DNA from: Lytechinus pictus
Taxonomy: Eukaryota
Length of the DNA: 64,000 nt
Direction: 5' to 3'
NCBI RefSeq assembly: GCF_037042905.1
Contig: NC_087263.1
Coordinates: forward strand, 8,496,001 to 8,560,000
The notes under the pieces were generated by a model. The model ran no database searches and was not told the origin of the DNA. It saw nothing but the letters and a program-made list of their open reading frames with translations. Below are positions 23,455-38,583 of the stretch, piece by piece. Position 1 is the first letter of the stretch; each line of letters opens with the position of its first letter. Both the position numbers and the translations under genes were made by a program.

Positions 23455-25988
23455 GTAAGTAATCTAACTAATTAGTTTCCACCTTTTTAATTGGTGTTCC
23501 TATGTTTTAATCAGCAGCCAGCTGGAGATCTCGTTTCACCATGTTTGTAATGCATCGATGTCCATGATATATATTCATTAATTCCGTTACACTGAGTTCG
23601 TGTGAGTTGAGTAATGAATAATAAATCAATTATTGAACTGTGATTTTCAAGGCATAGCAATCTGCATTAAATGCATAGTTTGCATGTATATCATGACTTT
23701 GTTGCAGTAATGTAAATCTACGTTGTCATGTATATTGATATACATAGGGCCTATCGATAGTGTTCATCGCCAATACTGTATATCATATTCTGAACTGGGG
23801 AAGGATTCGTATTTGGTTTTAAGTTTTAATGCACATCACTCTTCCGAATGCGTTGGATGTAATTCTTCTGCTAATTAGAATTTATATAATTATGTTCCAA
23901 TAACTATATTTCAAATTTACACATTAGGAAAGACCATCATGAAGCAATCACAACGAAAAATATTGCTTGTTTCTTTGTCCTTGACACCAAATCTTCCCTA
24001 GGGTATAGTAAATGATTTTCCATGATCGTTTCATCCAGACAGCACTGAAGCATTTATTAGAGGGCAATATCAGACAATATTAACCTCTCGAGCAGTAGAC
24101 CTAACCTTTAAAGACAAAAATCAATTTCTCGTCATGCTATTGATTGTGCGGAAGTTAATTGAAATGCAAAATTAAATGAGGGATTTGTGAACCACACAGA
24201 GTTGTAGCATTGATGAGCCCTTAAAAATACATTTCATAGGGGTCTACTCTTGTAAGGGGATGAATCCATAATTTAACCAAGTTTGATGTAATTTTATTCC
24301 AGTCCTTCGTTGCAATCCAAAGATTTTAGAGTCAATATTTTGTTGGCTTACTATAATACAGCGCAAAATGCAGGAAAATGTATAACTCCACAAAGAGTTC
24401 AATCCATGCCCCAAAGAAACTTACGAAGATGTGACATGCCGAAAGAACTACGCGTCCACGACTGTAAGCAACAAGAGCCTTCAGCTCAGCCTGCTACTTG
24501 AACTTTCCCTTTAACGGCTTACGGTCAAGCGATGATAACTCGTCTGAAGCAATTCTGAAGTGACGAGAGAAGTCTTGATATTTCATCGCAATCAATATCT
24601 AAGTGTCTATAACTATATTTTCACTTCCTTGATATGTTTCCTATTTCTGTCGGCGAATATGAAATCCATCTCCATAATGACTCAATGAAATGCACGATGC
24701 GGAGGCCATACGTGGTATTGTATTGCGTCTAAATCTGATACGAAAAAGGCCAATCCGGCGTCAGTTGTGTACAAAGAGAATAAATTGAAATAGACAATAG
24801 ATTTAAAGAGAGCTTTTCAATTTTGTCATAGTACTTATAGTCATTCAGATGGATTTACTGCCAAGTATAAAATAAAAATAATAACTATATCGCTTTGACC
24901 TTAAACTTACTATTACTTTAACTTTAACATTTATTCGCCATTGACCTTCCTTGTTTTTCATTAGAATTGATAAAGAAATACAATCTAACTTATCCTCATT
25001 TATTGTTATCGGAGAAATTGAAGAAGGGCGCCTTCGTCACATTTATAAACAACAAAAAAATTGGATAATGTAAATGAAATGTGCGTTATTGCCCTCCCCT
25101 TCCTCCTCCTCATCATCGTAATCGATCAGCCATCTCCAAAATTTGTCATAAATAATGGTAAATGACACCTGTTGAATGTCACGCTCAACGATTCACGAAT
25201 ACGTGAAAATGTGCCATGCGCATGCGATTGTGGAAATGAGAGAAGAGCATCCACAAGATGCTCCCAGCTGCCCACTTCCCCTCCCCATCTTCAAGATCTT
25301 CCTATCAATTTTTTTTTTTGGGGGGGAGGGGGGGGGGGGGGCGGGTGCCGTAGGTTATATCCGAACCGAGAACCCCATGCATTCTGCCAGGTAATTATGG
25401 CAATGAATGATTTCTGCCAATTATCATGAATATGGTATATGGATAGGTGAGAATAGTGCGCGCCAGAAAAAGCTGCCAAATGAGAATAAAATCATAGCAT
25501 ACTGATTCTGATATATTGTGTCCTATGAATAGAAGTTGATTATCGCAATTAATTCGAACGACCTCGTTGGGAACCGGGTTCGAAGTAAAGGTTTATCAAA
25601 TGCATTTGTACATTGTAAAATTATAGTAGCTCTCGTTAAGGCTACATTACATTTAATTTAGATTGGCATTATTTCATTCACAGGCGAACTAAAGCTAGTA
25701 AAATAGATCTATAATTATTTTTCGACATTTTCTGCAACTCTACTCGTGACCCTCTGTAAAATATTTGGAGATTCCAGTTTTTCTTCCACATTCTTTATTA
25801 GCAAAAAGAAAGGTTGACGGAGATATCGAATGAATCATTATTGGTATCACGGACCCTACTAAGAAGGGTCCATTTACCATGTTGGCATCTAGCATGGGAA
25901 GGGGGGGGGGGTGGGTGGTGTACATCGTCTTAACATCATTAGACTGGATTGATAGGAAACAAATGCCTATATTTTTGCTCGATTGAAC

Positions 25989-26015
25989 CATGGACCTATT
26001 ACAAATAGGTCCATG
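25989..26015. mobile_element. 27-bp palindrome with 7-bp TSD (P-element-like footprint or mini-element)
   Basis: CATGGACCTATT-ACA-AATAGGTCCATG flanked by ATTGAAC at 25982-88 and 26016-22. Confidence 0.75.
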
Positions 26016-26725
26016 ATTGAACTGACACCAAATGCTATGCAAATCGTTGCAATTATTGGTGCGCGAAAAATAATGCATTGATGAAACTTGCTTTTCTCCT
26101 CAAAAATGTTTCAACAGTTCAAGGGACATCAACTATTTCTCAACAATTAAAATGCGTAAATATTATTTACAGTGCAATGATTTTAAAAGACCGTATAAAG
26201 ACAGAACATGTAATAAACGCAGGAAGTTCTTCTGTAAAATTATGCTTATGTGCTTAGCATGTTTAGCTGTAAATTTAGAGGGAAATCAGGAAATTATTTC
26301 AGGATACTAATTCAAAAGATAAAGTAAAAGCATTGTTGGCTATCCTATAACGACATAATTCGTTTTGAAAGAAGAGTTCGAGGTCAGGTCGTGCATGGAA
26401 ATCTCATGCATGTATCTGTTTCTTTTTCTTTCCTTGTTTCTATTCCTTTTTATTATTTAAGAAAAAAATCATCCCTGGAAAAATGCAAAGTGCCAATTTG
26501 AAATAAATGATACCGTGTTACAGCCATATTTAATAAATTATGTCTTATTAGGCATGTTAGGGTGGAATAATGCACGTCTCATGTCTCGCCATGTTCGTAT
26601 TCTATGTTCGCTGCTCATTGCCAGCTAAAAATTGCGACATATCACGACGATTGCAACGCTCTTCTTATTTAGGCCCACACTATACATTCCCATTTTAGCC
26701 CCCTCTTATCCCCGGGACACAGTTA

Positions 26726-26885
26726 CAGGGGCCGCGGAACGGTTTTCAAAGTGTGGGGAGGGGGGGGGGGGGAGTGCTGACCATGCAAAAAATCACAATC
26801 ACATGGTAATTTTTACGTTTTTGTACACGGTTTTGGAAAAAAGTGGGGGGCTAAAGCCCCCAGCCCCCCGCTTCCGCGGCCCCTG
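26726..26885. mobile_element. Short MITE with CAGGGG termini
   Basis: CAGGGGCCGCGGAA...TTCCGCGGCCCCTG; a related decayed copy lies at ~12370-12531. Confidence 0.65.
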
Positions 26886-29203
26886 AGTTGTATGTTTTCT
26901 TAACTCATCCCCTATCCTTTTCCTTTCATGGTTGTTTCCTATTTTGCCTTTGAATGTATTGTCAACATTCATTTTCTGCAAATCCTCTTCCTTGTCCTGA
27001 CACCTCCAGATTCGCTTGTATTTTCTTCTTTTCCTTTTCCTTCTTCTTCTTATTATTAGTATTATCTTCTTCTTCTTTTTCTTCTTCTTCTTCATGTTCT
27101 TCTTCTTATTTCTCCCTTTCTCCGTTTCAATCAGTAAACCATTTCCCCATCCCAAATCTATATATCTATCGTTTTGGAATCTTATTTATTGATACCCACA
27201 AACACTGTCGTACGGATTCATTTTTAGATTTTACGACCAATTAATAGCAATATCCATATCACCTTGCATATGTCGGCAGTACAAAAAATGTTTAGACCTA
27301 TAGGGCGTCTCTATTCACTCCGAAGTTGAATAACCCCAAAATTATATATTTCAAAATTTACGAACAGTTAAATACATTCATTTTATGTTGGACATGGTAT
27401 TACTATATAATATATACCCGAAGCCAGCCGAAATAATACCATCTACTCAAATCACGCAAATGGTTCCGCTTTACTGATAAAAAGAGTGCAAATTAGAATG
27501 AAATATATCACCTGTCTCTCTGAATCCAATACAATTCATTATCATGCTCATAAAAAAAATATGAGAATGTTCATTCAGTTTGGGCAATGAACTCTAACGA
27601 ACCGTGAGCACAATAAAATGTATTCACATGGGAGGGTATTTTTCAAAGCAAAATACTTGTAAACAAAATATATCAACAAATATCTGGGTCGATATATTTA
27701 TTTACCCTTGGCATACTTCGGACGTAAGATATCTGCAAACATTGCTTTATGAAGCTACCGTTGCCTAGCAACATGACAATGGAAAACCGTATGAGAGACA
27801 ATCTTGCATACTAAAAGAGTATGACATATAATAAAGGAATGATGAATATGCCTGTCGTCATGTAAATAATTGGTAGGTATGACTTATGAATTCTGATTCA
27901 TGCAATAACTGAATATTACTGGGGAGATTTTCTGGAAGATATCGTTGCACCGGAATTACTAAATGAGATGTTTTATTTGGGGTATTGGGTAATCATTTGT
28001 TTTTATTGTAAGAACAACTCTTAATGACTTTACGACATAACGAAAGTACAATTGGGGAAAATACATCATGAGTTGACTTGTTCCGTCAAATATTTCTACA
28101 TGTACGTGAAATTGAAATATATTTACATAGCTCAAATATTTGAACTTGGGCAAAGATTACCCTTTTTATTTGACACTGTTTAACCAGTCTGCGGTATAAC
28201 ATGTCGAACAAAAATGGGTTAAATCATGATAGGCCTAATGAAATTTCTGATATTCATGTTCGAAAGTACTGTTGATCATCGTCTGCTAGTGGTTGAGTCT
28301 GTGGGAAAGTGGAATTCTACTTTCATTTCACCCAAACCATTTGCTTCAAAATATGAAGTTCAACGGAAGGACAGTTTGAATAGCTTCTGGTTTTTGGCAA
28401 CCACATCCATACACATCGGCATTGTGGTGATTGTTGAAAGTGTTGATTGTTTTAATGAAATCTCAAACTAATTTTTTCGGCCCACCATTAAGTGACGAAA
28501 CGGAGCATCAGAAAAATGTTATTTAAAGTTGAAGTATTAAAGTTTTAATAAACAACATAGGCTAGGCCTATTATTGATGAAATCTTGAGACTTTCTCTCC
28601 TAAAAAATGTATGGAATCGGAACGAAAATATGCATCATAAATCAGAAGCGGGCTGATGTCTCTCGGGGGGGGGGGGACTGGTGCTGGGGCAGTTTGGGTC
28701 TATTGTCATGATTGTGCCTTCAGTCTCGTAACTATGTGCACACTTTGTGTCATCGCCGCATACATGTAAACTTATTAAACAGTAGAGAATTATGTAGAGT
28801 GCACCAATGATCATTATCATAATGATGACGATTCGAAGGACTTGGGTAAATGATTCGACGTTTGCTTTTCTCGCTTGCACATTCATTTCACATACCGGAT
28901 ACGTTAATACCACCCAACGAATGGCACGGATATATACTTAACAATTTTTTTTCTGTTTGGCCACAATTATTTCTACACAAAGCTTTTTGATGAAATTGTA
29001 TGAAAGTCTGAATTGATCCTTCAGCGTGAAAATATTTTGTAACAATCGTTTTATTCTTTACTTCACGCCTATTCGATCTTGATTGCTTTCATTAATGGGC
29101 GCTAAGTCAATCTGCTATTGTCACCTATTCAAGCAAATATTTAGCTATGCAAACATTACACAGTGTCTTGATCATACCCACACAATGTTTATGTCATGCC
29201 TCA

Positions 29204-29584
29204 CCAACGAAACCGACTCCAGACCGATCAAAGCTATTACGTTATTACCAATGACATACCATCCATCGGTTTGGAGTCAGTTTTATTGATGTGACCGAGC
29301 ATTGTGCTGCAGTCACACTATGGAAACCGACTCCAGACCGATCAAATCTATTACGTTATTGGAAACCGACTCCAGACCGATCAAATCTATTACGTTATTG
29401 GAAACCGACTCCAGACCGATCAAATCTAATACGTTATTACCAATGACATACCATCGGTCGGTTTGGAGTCGGATATGTTGGTGTGACCGACATTGTGCTG
29501 CAGTCACACTACGTAAACCGACTGCAAACCAATCAAAGCTAATACGTTATTACCAATGACATACCATCGGTCGGTTTCGCTGGT
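29204..29584. repeat. Inverted-repeat element with a 39-bp tandem array
   Basis: GGAAACCGACTCCAGACCGATCAAATCTATTACGTTATT x3 (~29322-29438); ends CCAACGAAACCGAC / GTCGGTTTCGCTGG; related fragments at ~47836 and ~52813. Confidence 0.7.
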
Positions 29585-32500
29585 ATGACTGCAGCATATA
29601 GTTGTTTACGAGACAGAGTCACATGGTCTGTCACGTGGTCTTTAGCTTGCCATTGAGGAGTGACCTTGGTCCTGGTGAGAATAATTATGAAAATATTATT
29701 TTCAAGTTTTTTTTATTAATGCAAACAAAAACCAACATTCTTTCATATTTTTTTATTAATTAGAAAAGGCATTGAAACCACCAACACTAAGGGGTTCATT
29801 TTGAAATTTACAAACATCCATGTAATATTTCAAAAGTAGATAATTAAATTAAAAACATATCACCTATAAGCATACCAAATATTTTCTGAAAAGTGGAGGG
29901 TGGAGTGTTGGTGCTTATTCATTTATTAAAAATAATATTATCCCAAACTGGTTTCATTTTAACACATACACAACAACATGGATGACTGTTTCAGGGTATT
30001 TTTTTTTACAAAAAATGAATAAAATGAAAGACACTAGTTGGATCTTTTCTCTTGATTGAAAATAAAAATTGTTGAAGGCGATTATCAATGAATGCAAAGT
30101 TAGTAACTTCTAGGCATCTACCCTTCTTGGAACACATCAAACAATATTAAACCCTTTTGAAAAGGGGCATTATTTTACTCCCAAACCTACGTTAATTTAT
30201 TTTTCACTCTTTGATCGAGGCCAAGAGGGTAAAAGCATTATACATTACATTCTAGCGAGGAATAGACTGACAGCCCAGACAAATACGATCAAAGATCAAA
30301 TTCTATTAGTAAATGCGACAATGATTATGAATACTTTGAACTGAACCATATCAATATTAATGAAGATAATCTGTATTTTTGAAGCCGTGAAATTTCTGTG
30401 CATTTCGCAATAACAAGTTCCATGATATGATTTTCATACATGTGTGGAATGTGTAAAGTTCTCAAATATAAATATAGGCAGAGGACATAAGGGGGGAAAA
30501 GGAATTCAAGGACCCGAAAGTTGCCCCTAAAAGTAAAATGCTCTTCACTTCGTTCATCAGGGGCCTATTAAAATCTGATCTTATCCAATCAATCTCAAGT
30601 TCCCAACTGTGGTAATCCATCAGTGTAATAATTCTTCATAATTAAAGGAAATAACACAATATCGTTTTAGGAAGAGGAAAGGAGGAAACTGTGTCCCTTT
30701 TTAAAAAGACTTGCATCGCAACAAATGTACAATTTTTTATAACACATTTACCATCAGCCAATCCGATAAAAGGATTCCAGTAGATTTTAACCCTTATTGC
30801 AATTTTTTTTTTGATTATGGGTTTTGTTATGAACACTGTTTGGTGAAACGAGTCCCTGATTTGACAAGGCAGTGATGTATGTATACACGCGAGTATATAT
30901 TTAGAAAATATCTTCATCTGAACATAAATTCTAGATGTCTCCGTCGATAGTTGTTCACAGTTGTGAGTGATGCGATCAATCGTAGCTCTTAGTGAGACGG
31001 GGGGTTGAAATATATATTTTTTAAAACCCATCAAGTAACTTACAGGGCTAGATTAGAACCTAGAAGTGCACAAAACCGTATTTTCAGTCATTGTCCTCAT
31101 TTTTGCACTTTTAAAGACCCTTGCGTTAAGCCCATATGTTCCAACCAAAATTAATGACATCCTTTTGAATTGATGGTAATTTATACAAAGATGACCAAGA
31201 ACAAGATTAAAGGATTAGATATTGATTAGGAAATGAATATCCCCGATATTCCTGGAAAGCTCAACATTAAGATTTTTATTCTCACCATGTAGCTATTAAA
31301 TAAAAATCACACGAATGATTCTTGTTTTATGCAGTCTTGTTTGACCAATCTACTTATATTACTACTCTAGTGATATTCAATCGTCATCACCTTTCAAAAA
31401 ACAATGAAACATTGGCATAATAATTATTTAAAGGCGCATTTGTGATAATTTTTGACGAATCGTAAAGTGTATTAATTCTGATGACGGAAGCATTTTGAGA
31501 ATAAATATTCACACTGCCACACGCGAATGATTATTTAATCTACTCTTTATTGAGTAACATTCTTTTTGCTACTCAGTGTTTGAGAGTATTTTGAAAAAAA
31601 AATTCACAAGCATGTTAGACGTTGTTTAGATCTTGTCTGATTTAGCATCGATGTAGAAAATGCTTGTCATTATTATTTTTATTCATTTATTGATTTACAT
31701 TTTTTATTTCACTTTTTACGATGATGGTTTTCATAGAATTTGGGGGTAAATCACTTCTAACGTGTGTAGGGACATGATTATTTACCCCCCCCGGTATGAT
31801 TGCTTGCGAGCACATTAAATATGCATTGTGGTATGGAATTTTCTTAATCAATGCATAATAAGAATTAAACATCTTTAAAATTGAAAATCACTTCATATCA
31901 TTCAACTATAATCCTTGAAACTTTGAAAATTCGGGGAAATGTGTGTTTCCCCGTTTCATTGTGCTGTCAAAGGGGGGCGTGGTTCCTTAGCAAAATAGTT
32001 TTATTGTATCCGAGTTCTTTTAGTAACCTATAAAGCTCTCTAAATATTGCAATTCCGAGAGGTAGAAACAGAAATTCGACCACGTGACCGCAAAACTATT
32101 TGGGAAGTCATAAGAGCATACCTGTGCGTTGTTGTGGTTATATTAGTGTCGTGATTGTGGTTAGATTTTTTTTTTTAATTCTTCGTCTGGAATATCAACC
32201 GGAAACAATGTGACAATTGTTTGATTTAGTTCATTGAATAATTATACGTAATGCTACATCATTGATCATTTAGGTATTGTATTGTAAAAACATATGATTT
32301 TGGAGAATTCGATAGTTTTCATTTTAAGAAAATTGGGGGTTCATAGTGATATGAACTTGACTTTTGGTATAACCTATATTTACTAGTAGATCAGTGGCGT
32401 AATAATATAAACAAATTTGAGGGGACACAGCATGATCGGACGAAGCGAGCGATCGAAAATTTCCCTTTTTGAATAAAGATATAATTTTGTGATATATTTT

Positions 32501-35160
32501 AACATGATCTTCAGAAATTGACATCATATATTGCATTTTTTTATTTTCTTTCCTTTTCTCCTGCCTTTTATTTACCCCCCCCCCTTTATCGTGGAACATT
32601 TTTTTAGGGGGGGGGCATGCCTAAAGCCCCCTTCTGTCGCCAATGATGTTCATGCTAATTGAAGTCTTGAACAGTTTGAATTGTACGTTGTATCACTGAT
32701 CAGTACTGGGCCCCGTTGCATAAAATTTACTATTATGGTAACTTTGCCATCCAATGGTAACTACCATGGTAACATTGATCAACAGCCAATCAAAATCAAG
32801 GATTCCATGCAAGTTACCATTGCATGACAAAGTTACATTAATGGTAACTCTTCTGCAGCGGGCCTCTGTTGCTATAAATTGTGTTGGCCTATTTGCAAGT
32901 TTACGATGATTATGGTCGATCGCAGTGAGGGATGGGGGTCGGAGTGAAGTTTCTCCCATGCAGTAAATTAGAATTCCCTGATTCTCCCATAGTTTTTGTT
33001 GGTTCATTCGTTTCTTTTTTTCTTTTCTTTTTTGCATTCCATTTGCCCCTGGCATACCCAACAGTCACAGGAATCTCCATTATTGTTTGCCAAAAAAATT
33101 ATTCCAAACGAAAAGGGTAGGCATTTTCTGCGACTCACCCCCCTCCCCCGGTCACATAACAAACCCTGGATCCGCCCCTGGCTCCGTCAGCATGGTCAGA
33201 CATGTCAGATTCGAGCCTGGCGTCTGTCCTCTATCTCCTTCATCTATTCTTTTACTAATACTATAAAAACGTAAAGCTGATATAAAAAAGATTTTTGTTT
33301 ATCAATTAAAGAGATTCAATGGATAAACATAAGCCCTACACTGTTTTATTATGGAGCTACTATAGTAGTTCCATAGTTTTATGAAAATACCCTCGTCACA
33401 AGTGAAGGGCAGAAGAAAACAAGGGAAGATTGTTTCCGATATAAGTGCTTTTCAGTGACTCATTCATCAGCTGTGAGAAGTAGAAGGTCGTATTACTTAA
33501 AGGTCATGTTGACAATAATAGAACAAACATGTATTCACAACGATTACGCATTTAGAAAGAAGAAACGTAAATTTACTAAATAAAGAGTCCATTCTCAAAA
33601 GACAAAGACTTTTTTGACACCATAAAAATAAAACACAATGCAATCCGCCATAGTCCCCATGTAGCACGGTTTATGGTTTTTTTTTTAGGGGGAGGGGGGG
33701 GGGGGGTTTCAATCGAATGATGCAAGTATTGCTGTGTACAATTCATGATTTTGAATCAACGCGTGGATATTATGAATATATGAATTGAAATTAGAAATAA
33801 AAGAACAACACGAAACAAAACAACAACAACAAAAGCACAAACAAACAAAAAAACCGGGACAATCATTGAATTTATTTCAATAAAATGTAATTATCAACTT
33901 TCATGGTGAATAAATAAAAAAAGGAGGGAGGGCTTTCAATAAGAAGAGAATGATTTAGGCCTATAATGAGTAGTCATGGCTGAATGCTACAGGGTGCAAT
34001 AATAGGCAAGATGTTACGAAAATATACGTAAGCGAGAGAAAGAAGCAAACGAGCTTAAAAGCGGCTTCTCTTTTTTTGTATTTGAAGTTGAAAAGAAGTG
34101 GAACTGTGGCACACTACTTCTACTTCTATTTTGCACTAAGAATGTAGAATTTCAAACATTTTTGGAAACAAGAGAAGAGGGGGGGGGGGTAATACCCCCC
34201 TTCCTCCCCTCCCCCTTCCGATGCTACGTCCATTTACGTGATGATGCATTGGTGCATTCTGAATACTCTCGTTTTTTCTAACATGTCTGAGGAAGGTTGT
34301 TCTGTTCCTTTAAGATTAACAACTCATGAAGCCCCATTCAATGATATATGAATTCTTTATGATGTCTGTGGCGGTGTTCATATTGGCCGATATCGGGGAA
34401 GTTAATATGTGACAAACATTTCCTTGGGCCATCATCTTCATTTCCAATCCCAAAATTGAAATTAAAGATGAAATCCAGTCATGGTAATGAACCATATAAT
34501 GGATGCAAAGTTACTGACACAATCTTTAAATTTAAAATATATACTTCAAGTATCTCTGCATACTTTGAAGTATCTTTATGCGTAATTATATCAGTATAGG
34601 TGTAGGTCATAAGGAAATATTGGAAGCCGAACGATTATTGTATAAATTTTTTTTTATTTAATACTATTGGCCAGTAAAATATGTGATAAAATGAGCAACG
34701 CTTTCAGTTTACCTCTGTTTGATGTCAATATTGATTAATATGTCCTTATTAGATCTCGGGTTTCTGGTACTTTTAAATCTTTAATTCATGAATGATAGTC
34801 AGATCTTTTCCTGGAATTTTTGCGAATTGTTGGTCCTTGTGGCCATGGTTATTTCTTTAATCTTTCTTTAGAAGTTGAAGAAACCGTCTCGCCTTTTATT
34901 CTTGAATCGCATTTCAGATTATCGGAACAATCCATCAAGATTATATGGGCCTCCATATCTATATAGGGAAGAAAATGTACATGCAAATGCAATCGGTTTA
35001 AACTCTAGTTGATGCAATAATGGTCATGTTATGTAATGATACCATCAGTTATGAATGTTAACTTGTGTGGAATATGTCAAGCAACATATATTAATCGCAT
35101 TAACAAAATCAAGTTGTATTGGCAGTTCAAGGGTCCTCTCCTCATTCACTGCAAATTGTA

Positions 35161-35405
35161 CACTGCAAAAATTCTGGTGTTGATTTAACACCAGCCCGGA
35201 ATCTATAAATTTCCACACCAGAGAAATGTTAAACAACACCAGTTTCGTTTTGGTCTAACACCAGATAGGTGTTCATACAACACCAATTAGTATTAGGACA
35301 GCATCGTTTTGATTACAAACTGGTGTTGTTTCAATACTTCTCTGGTGTGGACATGTTATATAGATTCCGGGCTGGTGTTAAATCAACACCGGAGTTTTTG
35401 CAGTG
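35161..35405. mobile_element. CMC/EnSpm-like MITE, 245 bp
   Basis: TA|CACTGCAAAAA..CTGGTGTTGATTTAACACCAGCCCGGAATCTATA...TTTTTGCAGTG|TA; long TIRs, 2-bp TSD. Confidence 0.85.
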
Positions 35406-36698
35406 TAGTTCAATCGTAATGTTGAAAGTTAAAACATCAACATTCATCTTTATTTTCGTGCGTTTCATAAAGTTTTGGAGGGAAGGAAGGGAGGGGGCGT
35501 GAGCGGGCTGGCCATGACAAAATTTGCCATCATTTTGATTTCAAATGACTGGTAAAAAGACATAAAGATTTTAGACACTATTTGTTTTTCAAACAATACA
35601 TGTGCCCTCATTGGATATCTTTCTAAATTTCGTCGAATATGCTCCCTAGCAGAAGGATACCTCTATTCTGCTAAGTGCTTTTCCTCCTGTATAGGCATAC
35701 ATATTTTTTCACTGCCATTTTCGTAATTACAGTATTCCAGCTACATTACGTACATACAAAATAATGATTTCCCTTATTCATGATATTGGCGTATTAAACA
35801 CCCCTTTTAAGTGCAGTAAAATACAAAGCATTTTATATTCACAGAAGAACGCTTTTATGAGAAGAACCTGTATGGCCTTTTCCATAATATACGCATCATT
35901 TCGTTTTATTGAAGTTGCATGGCTGTGTAATTCATAAATTACTGTCTGTCCATTATGGAAGTTTAGATAGGCGTGAAAATCTCCCGGCTTCGCCAGCCTT
36001 GTCCTTAGAGCGAACCATTATTTCTTCAGAAGAGAGAAGTATATTTTTTCATGGAGAAGAGGATAGAGAAGAAGAGAGAGAGAGAGAGAGTGAGAGTGAG
36101 TGGGGGGGGGGGGCTGTGATGAGCGGGGGGGGGGGGGGAGCTCCGTGATAAACAGAAGGGCAACGGAGGGGGCGTTTGTTATTATTGTTGGGGCAAATGC
36201 CGTCCCAATATGTGTCCCGAGTGACAACACCTGCGCAGTCTGTAATAAAAAAAGACTGATTTCGAAATTGACAAATTTCCATCACCTGTTTTGAATATTT
36301 GAAAGTAGACAATAAAGGTAATATTCTCAAGAAAATTTGCTCTGGGTTTTCGAATAGCAAAAGGATTAGGCCTACCCTATTCGTGAGTTATTCGGTGAAG
36401 AAATGATTTCGAAATAGAAGGTCCAAATAATACACGCGTAGGGGTGCAACAATTCCCCCAGGTTTCACGATCAAGAAAAAAAAAGAAGGGAGGGGGCGGT
36501 GTATTGGTAAGAAAAGGGAAAATATGAATGATATTCAAGGTTAAAGCATGGTAAAGGTCGTTCCGCCAACACATGTACAGAATTACTGACATGATGAACG
36601 CTTCGTGAACTTGACTCTGAAAACGCTGACGTGTTCATCTCTCCCAATATTTCACAATGGATCTTATTCTTAACTGCATCCATGACAATGCTCAGGAG

Positions 36699-37225
36699 CA
36701 GTAGCGCAATGCAGCCAAAATTTTGAGTGCCCCAAATATTGCTATGGGGCAAAATTTCTAAAAGGCTGCGAGCGAGCAAGCAAACAAACATTTAGACACT
36801 TTAAATGAAAAAATATATAATTTTGTGATAAATTTTTACATGATATACAGATAATATAATTATATTTTCCCCCTTTTCTTTCCTATTCTCCCTTATGTGG
36901 GGGCGTCGTGGTCTAGTGGTTAAGACTCTCGTTTTTCAATCTGACGGACGTGGGTTCGATTCCAAGCCATGGCTTGTTTTCCCTTAGCAAGAAATTTACC
37001 CACATTGTGCTGTATTCAACCCAGGTGAGGTAAATGGGTACCGGCATTAGTAATTCCTCAAAAAGCTGTGTGCACCGGAATCGGTATAGAATTAGCTTTT
37101 AGCACCTAGCAAGGTGAATACGTGCGCTACACAAAATCCTATATCATTTTGTATTCATTACTTTGTCGTCAAAATTTTGGCGCCCCATTGTCCCCAAGCC
37201 CCACACACACACCTGTACGCCACTG
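36699..37225. mobile_element. hAT-like MITE hosting a nested SINE
   Basis: CAGTAGCGCA...TACGCCACTG; flanks CTCAGGAG / CTCAAGAG (7/8 match). Confidence 0.65.
36898..37161 (+). mobile_element. Full-length tRNA-derived SINE
   Basis: Pol III A box TGGTCTAGTGG (36909-19) and B box GGTTCGATTCC (36953-63), followed by a non-tRNA body shared with 2889-3106. Confidence 0.85.
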
Positions 37226-38395
37226 CTCAAGAGGTATGCCGACATGCACTGAAATGGAACCAACGTGGGAGAGAACAAATCAAAACCTGTTATTGTTATT
37301 ATATATTACCCCACTTGTTAAAATGAAACACTGATGGAGCTTTAAGTCGCCCAATTCATCAAGCTGATGTATCATAAATTTATATCCATATGAAGTGAGT
37401 TGTCATTGATCGCGAAATGTGTAATTTATTGGATATTGTTGTTGCTAAGCAACGGTGAGCCCTAGGCTCGGTTTACTTATAGCCATATGTGGCAGCATCG
37501 AGTGCCTCTGTAGACTATACTATAGTGCTACTTGTAAAGTCCCTTTCACCACTAACGTGGCGGAGGGGGGGGGGGTGCAAACATTTCCACAACCAAGTAA
37601 CAAACAAGAAATGAGAAAATGAAATAAAAAAGAAGAGGGAAACAGCAAAATGTGGGATTTGTTGGATACTGTACCATTTGAAATTCTTGCACGCTCGCAT
37701 TTTTATTTCTCTAAATTTTGCCCAATGCAACATGTTGTACCCCTCATTTGAAGGACTCGTTACTACACTGACTTTCACAGCCATAGAGAGAGTTTAATAA
37801 CTTTAACCATTTCTAAAAAATAAGTGGAAATCAAACAATCTTTAATGTATAAATCAACAATGCGATTAGCGGATTATCAAATTTTCATAATTTGAAAACA
37901 TATATTTTAAATATATATCAAAGGCAAGACATTCCTTTATAACCATGGTAACAATTATACAATTCATACTGCTTATGTATAGGGCCTATATTTTTATTCA
38001 TGGACCTGTTCTTTCAGCTCGGTATTAGTATTCTGTCAATCATCAGTATATTTGGTAGAATTAAGTTGGTGATCCGCTCATTTCCTTTTACAACTTGCAA
38101 TCCCCTATGCATCTGTCATCGGGAATGAGAAGGTGTGCGACCCGGGCTAGGACCCCAAAGGAGCGAGGAGATGTACCCTTCATGCCATACTTTCTCGGGT
38201 AGTGTCGACATGAGCCCCTCCTCTCCCATGCCATGTCCCCTGTCCCCACTCCCATGTCCCCTGTCCCCACTCCCATACCTCTCTCTTCCTCATCTAGCAC
38301 CCCTTCCTCCCTTTCCTCCCCCTTTCTGTTAATCGCTCATAAGATGGAGGGAAAAAACAACGAATTTGTGAGTAGAAATATGTAACTCTCCATTG

Positions 38396-38583
38396 GCCTT
38401 TTCACACGTGAATCTTGAATCATCATTGTAATGATGATTGCTATTGTATTCGTGACTGTGATTAGCGTTCGTGATTCTAATCATGTTGTAGTTTGGTTTC
38501 ACACGCGCTAAAATTTGTCATTAGCCTCATTTTTCACTGGAATCATCATTCAAATTACGATTTTTTTTACCGTGTGAAAGGGC
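38396..38583. mobile_element. Short MITE (possibly PIF/Harbinger-like)
   Basis: GCCTTTTCACACG...CGTGTGAAAGGGC termini. Confidence 0.55.

Noticed and set aside
36898..36970. Possible tRNA gene
   Set aside because: A and B boxes are present, but there is no clean cloverleaf or oligo-T terminator, and it continues into a SINE body also found at 2889-3106.
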